This document shows, in pieces, positions 17,425-17,870 of a stretch of 17,870 bases of DNA; position 1 is the first letter of the stretch; each line of letters begins with the position of its first letter. The notes beneath the pieces are model-generated. The model saw nothing but the letters and a program-made list of their open reading frames with translations, made no database searches and was not told where the DNA came from. Location of the stretch: contig JAWLEP010000009.1 of assembly GCA_041686025.1 (NCBI GenBank), forward strand, positions 1-17,870, read 5' to 3'. A program made the position numbers and the translations under genes. The DNA comes from Candidatus Fermentibacteraceae bacterium (GTDB lineage Bacteria > Fermentibacterota > Fermentibacteria > Fermentibacterales > JCC-6).

Positions 17425-17847
17425 ATGAGGACGTTCTTCCTTGTACTCATGGTCGCTTCTGTCGCGTTCTTCGGCATGGCCTGCGGCGAGCAGGGCACCG
17501 AGGGCGCCGAGGAGACCACCGAGGAAGCCGGCGAACAGGCCGAGGAAGCCATGGAAGAGGCCGAGGAGGCCATGGAGGAGGCCGAGGAGGCCGCCGAGGA
17601 GGCTACCGAGGCAGCCGGTGAGGAGGCCGCGGAGGCCATGGAAGAGGCCGAGGAGGCCGTAGAAGAGGCTGAGGAGGCCGCCGAGGAGGCTGGCGCCGAG
17701 GCTGTCGAAGAGGCTGCCGAGGGCGTAGAGGAGGCCGCCGAGGAAGTCGAGGACGCGGCCGAGGAGGAGATGGCCGAGGAGGAGACGACCGAGGAAGAGC
17801 CTCCCGTAGAGGAAGAGACCGAGGAGGAGGAGCCCGAGACCGAGTAG
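17425..17847 (+). CDS. Hyper-acidic Glu/Ala-repeat lipoprotein (140 aa)
   Basis: MRTFFLVLMVASVAFFGMA|C is a lipoprotein-type signal, with an AAGGGG RBS. The mature region is EEA(x)EEA repeats with no Lys or Arg. Confidence 0.85.
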   Translation: MRTFFLVLMVASVAFFGMACGEQGTEGAEETTEEAGEQAEEAMEEAEEAMEEAEEAAEEATEAAGEEAAEAMEEAEEAVEEAEEAAEEAGAEAVEEAAEGVEEAAEEVEDAAEEEMAEEETTEEEPPVEEETEEEEPETE

Positions 17848-17870
17848 ACTCGGTTCAGGATCTTGATGGG

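Noticed and set aside
17500..17847. GAGGAGGCC-rich tandem repeats as a CRISPR array or non-coding satellite
   Set aside because: They are in-frame coding repeats with synonymous variation and no unique spacers.

Overview
GC-rich bacterial window with two parts. (1) 1-6.5 kb is a K+-homeostasis cassette: a displaced tmRNA-type 3' end (possible att remnant), then kdpF-kdpA-kdpB-kdpC translationally coupled to a tandem-USP gene, then a stand-alone PTS EIIA (Ntr/Fru-type) gene. There is no kdpD/kdpE in the window. The layout matches the haloarchaeal kdpFABCQ operon rather than the E. coli kdpFABC-DE system, and the cassette's right edge abuts a frameshifted 5' fragment of an apparent Na+/solute symporter. 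(2) 6.7-17.9 kb is mostly housekeeping: pyruvate:ferredoxin/flavodoxin oxidoreductase, asnS, a TIGR01212/YhcC radical SAM protein, an arylamine N-acetyltransferase-family protein, DUF4416, a class I/II aminotransferase, a secreted DUF3108-like protein, RNase HIII and an extremely Glu-rich lipoprotein with a near-consensus sigma70 promoter. Between the convergent DUF4416 and aminotransferase genes sits a 123-bp AT-rich element with perfect 27-bp inverted repeats. Each arm carries a palindrome encoding stop codons in all six frames (REPIN/MITE-like). All family calls come from motif recognition; no searches were run.
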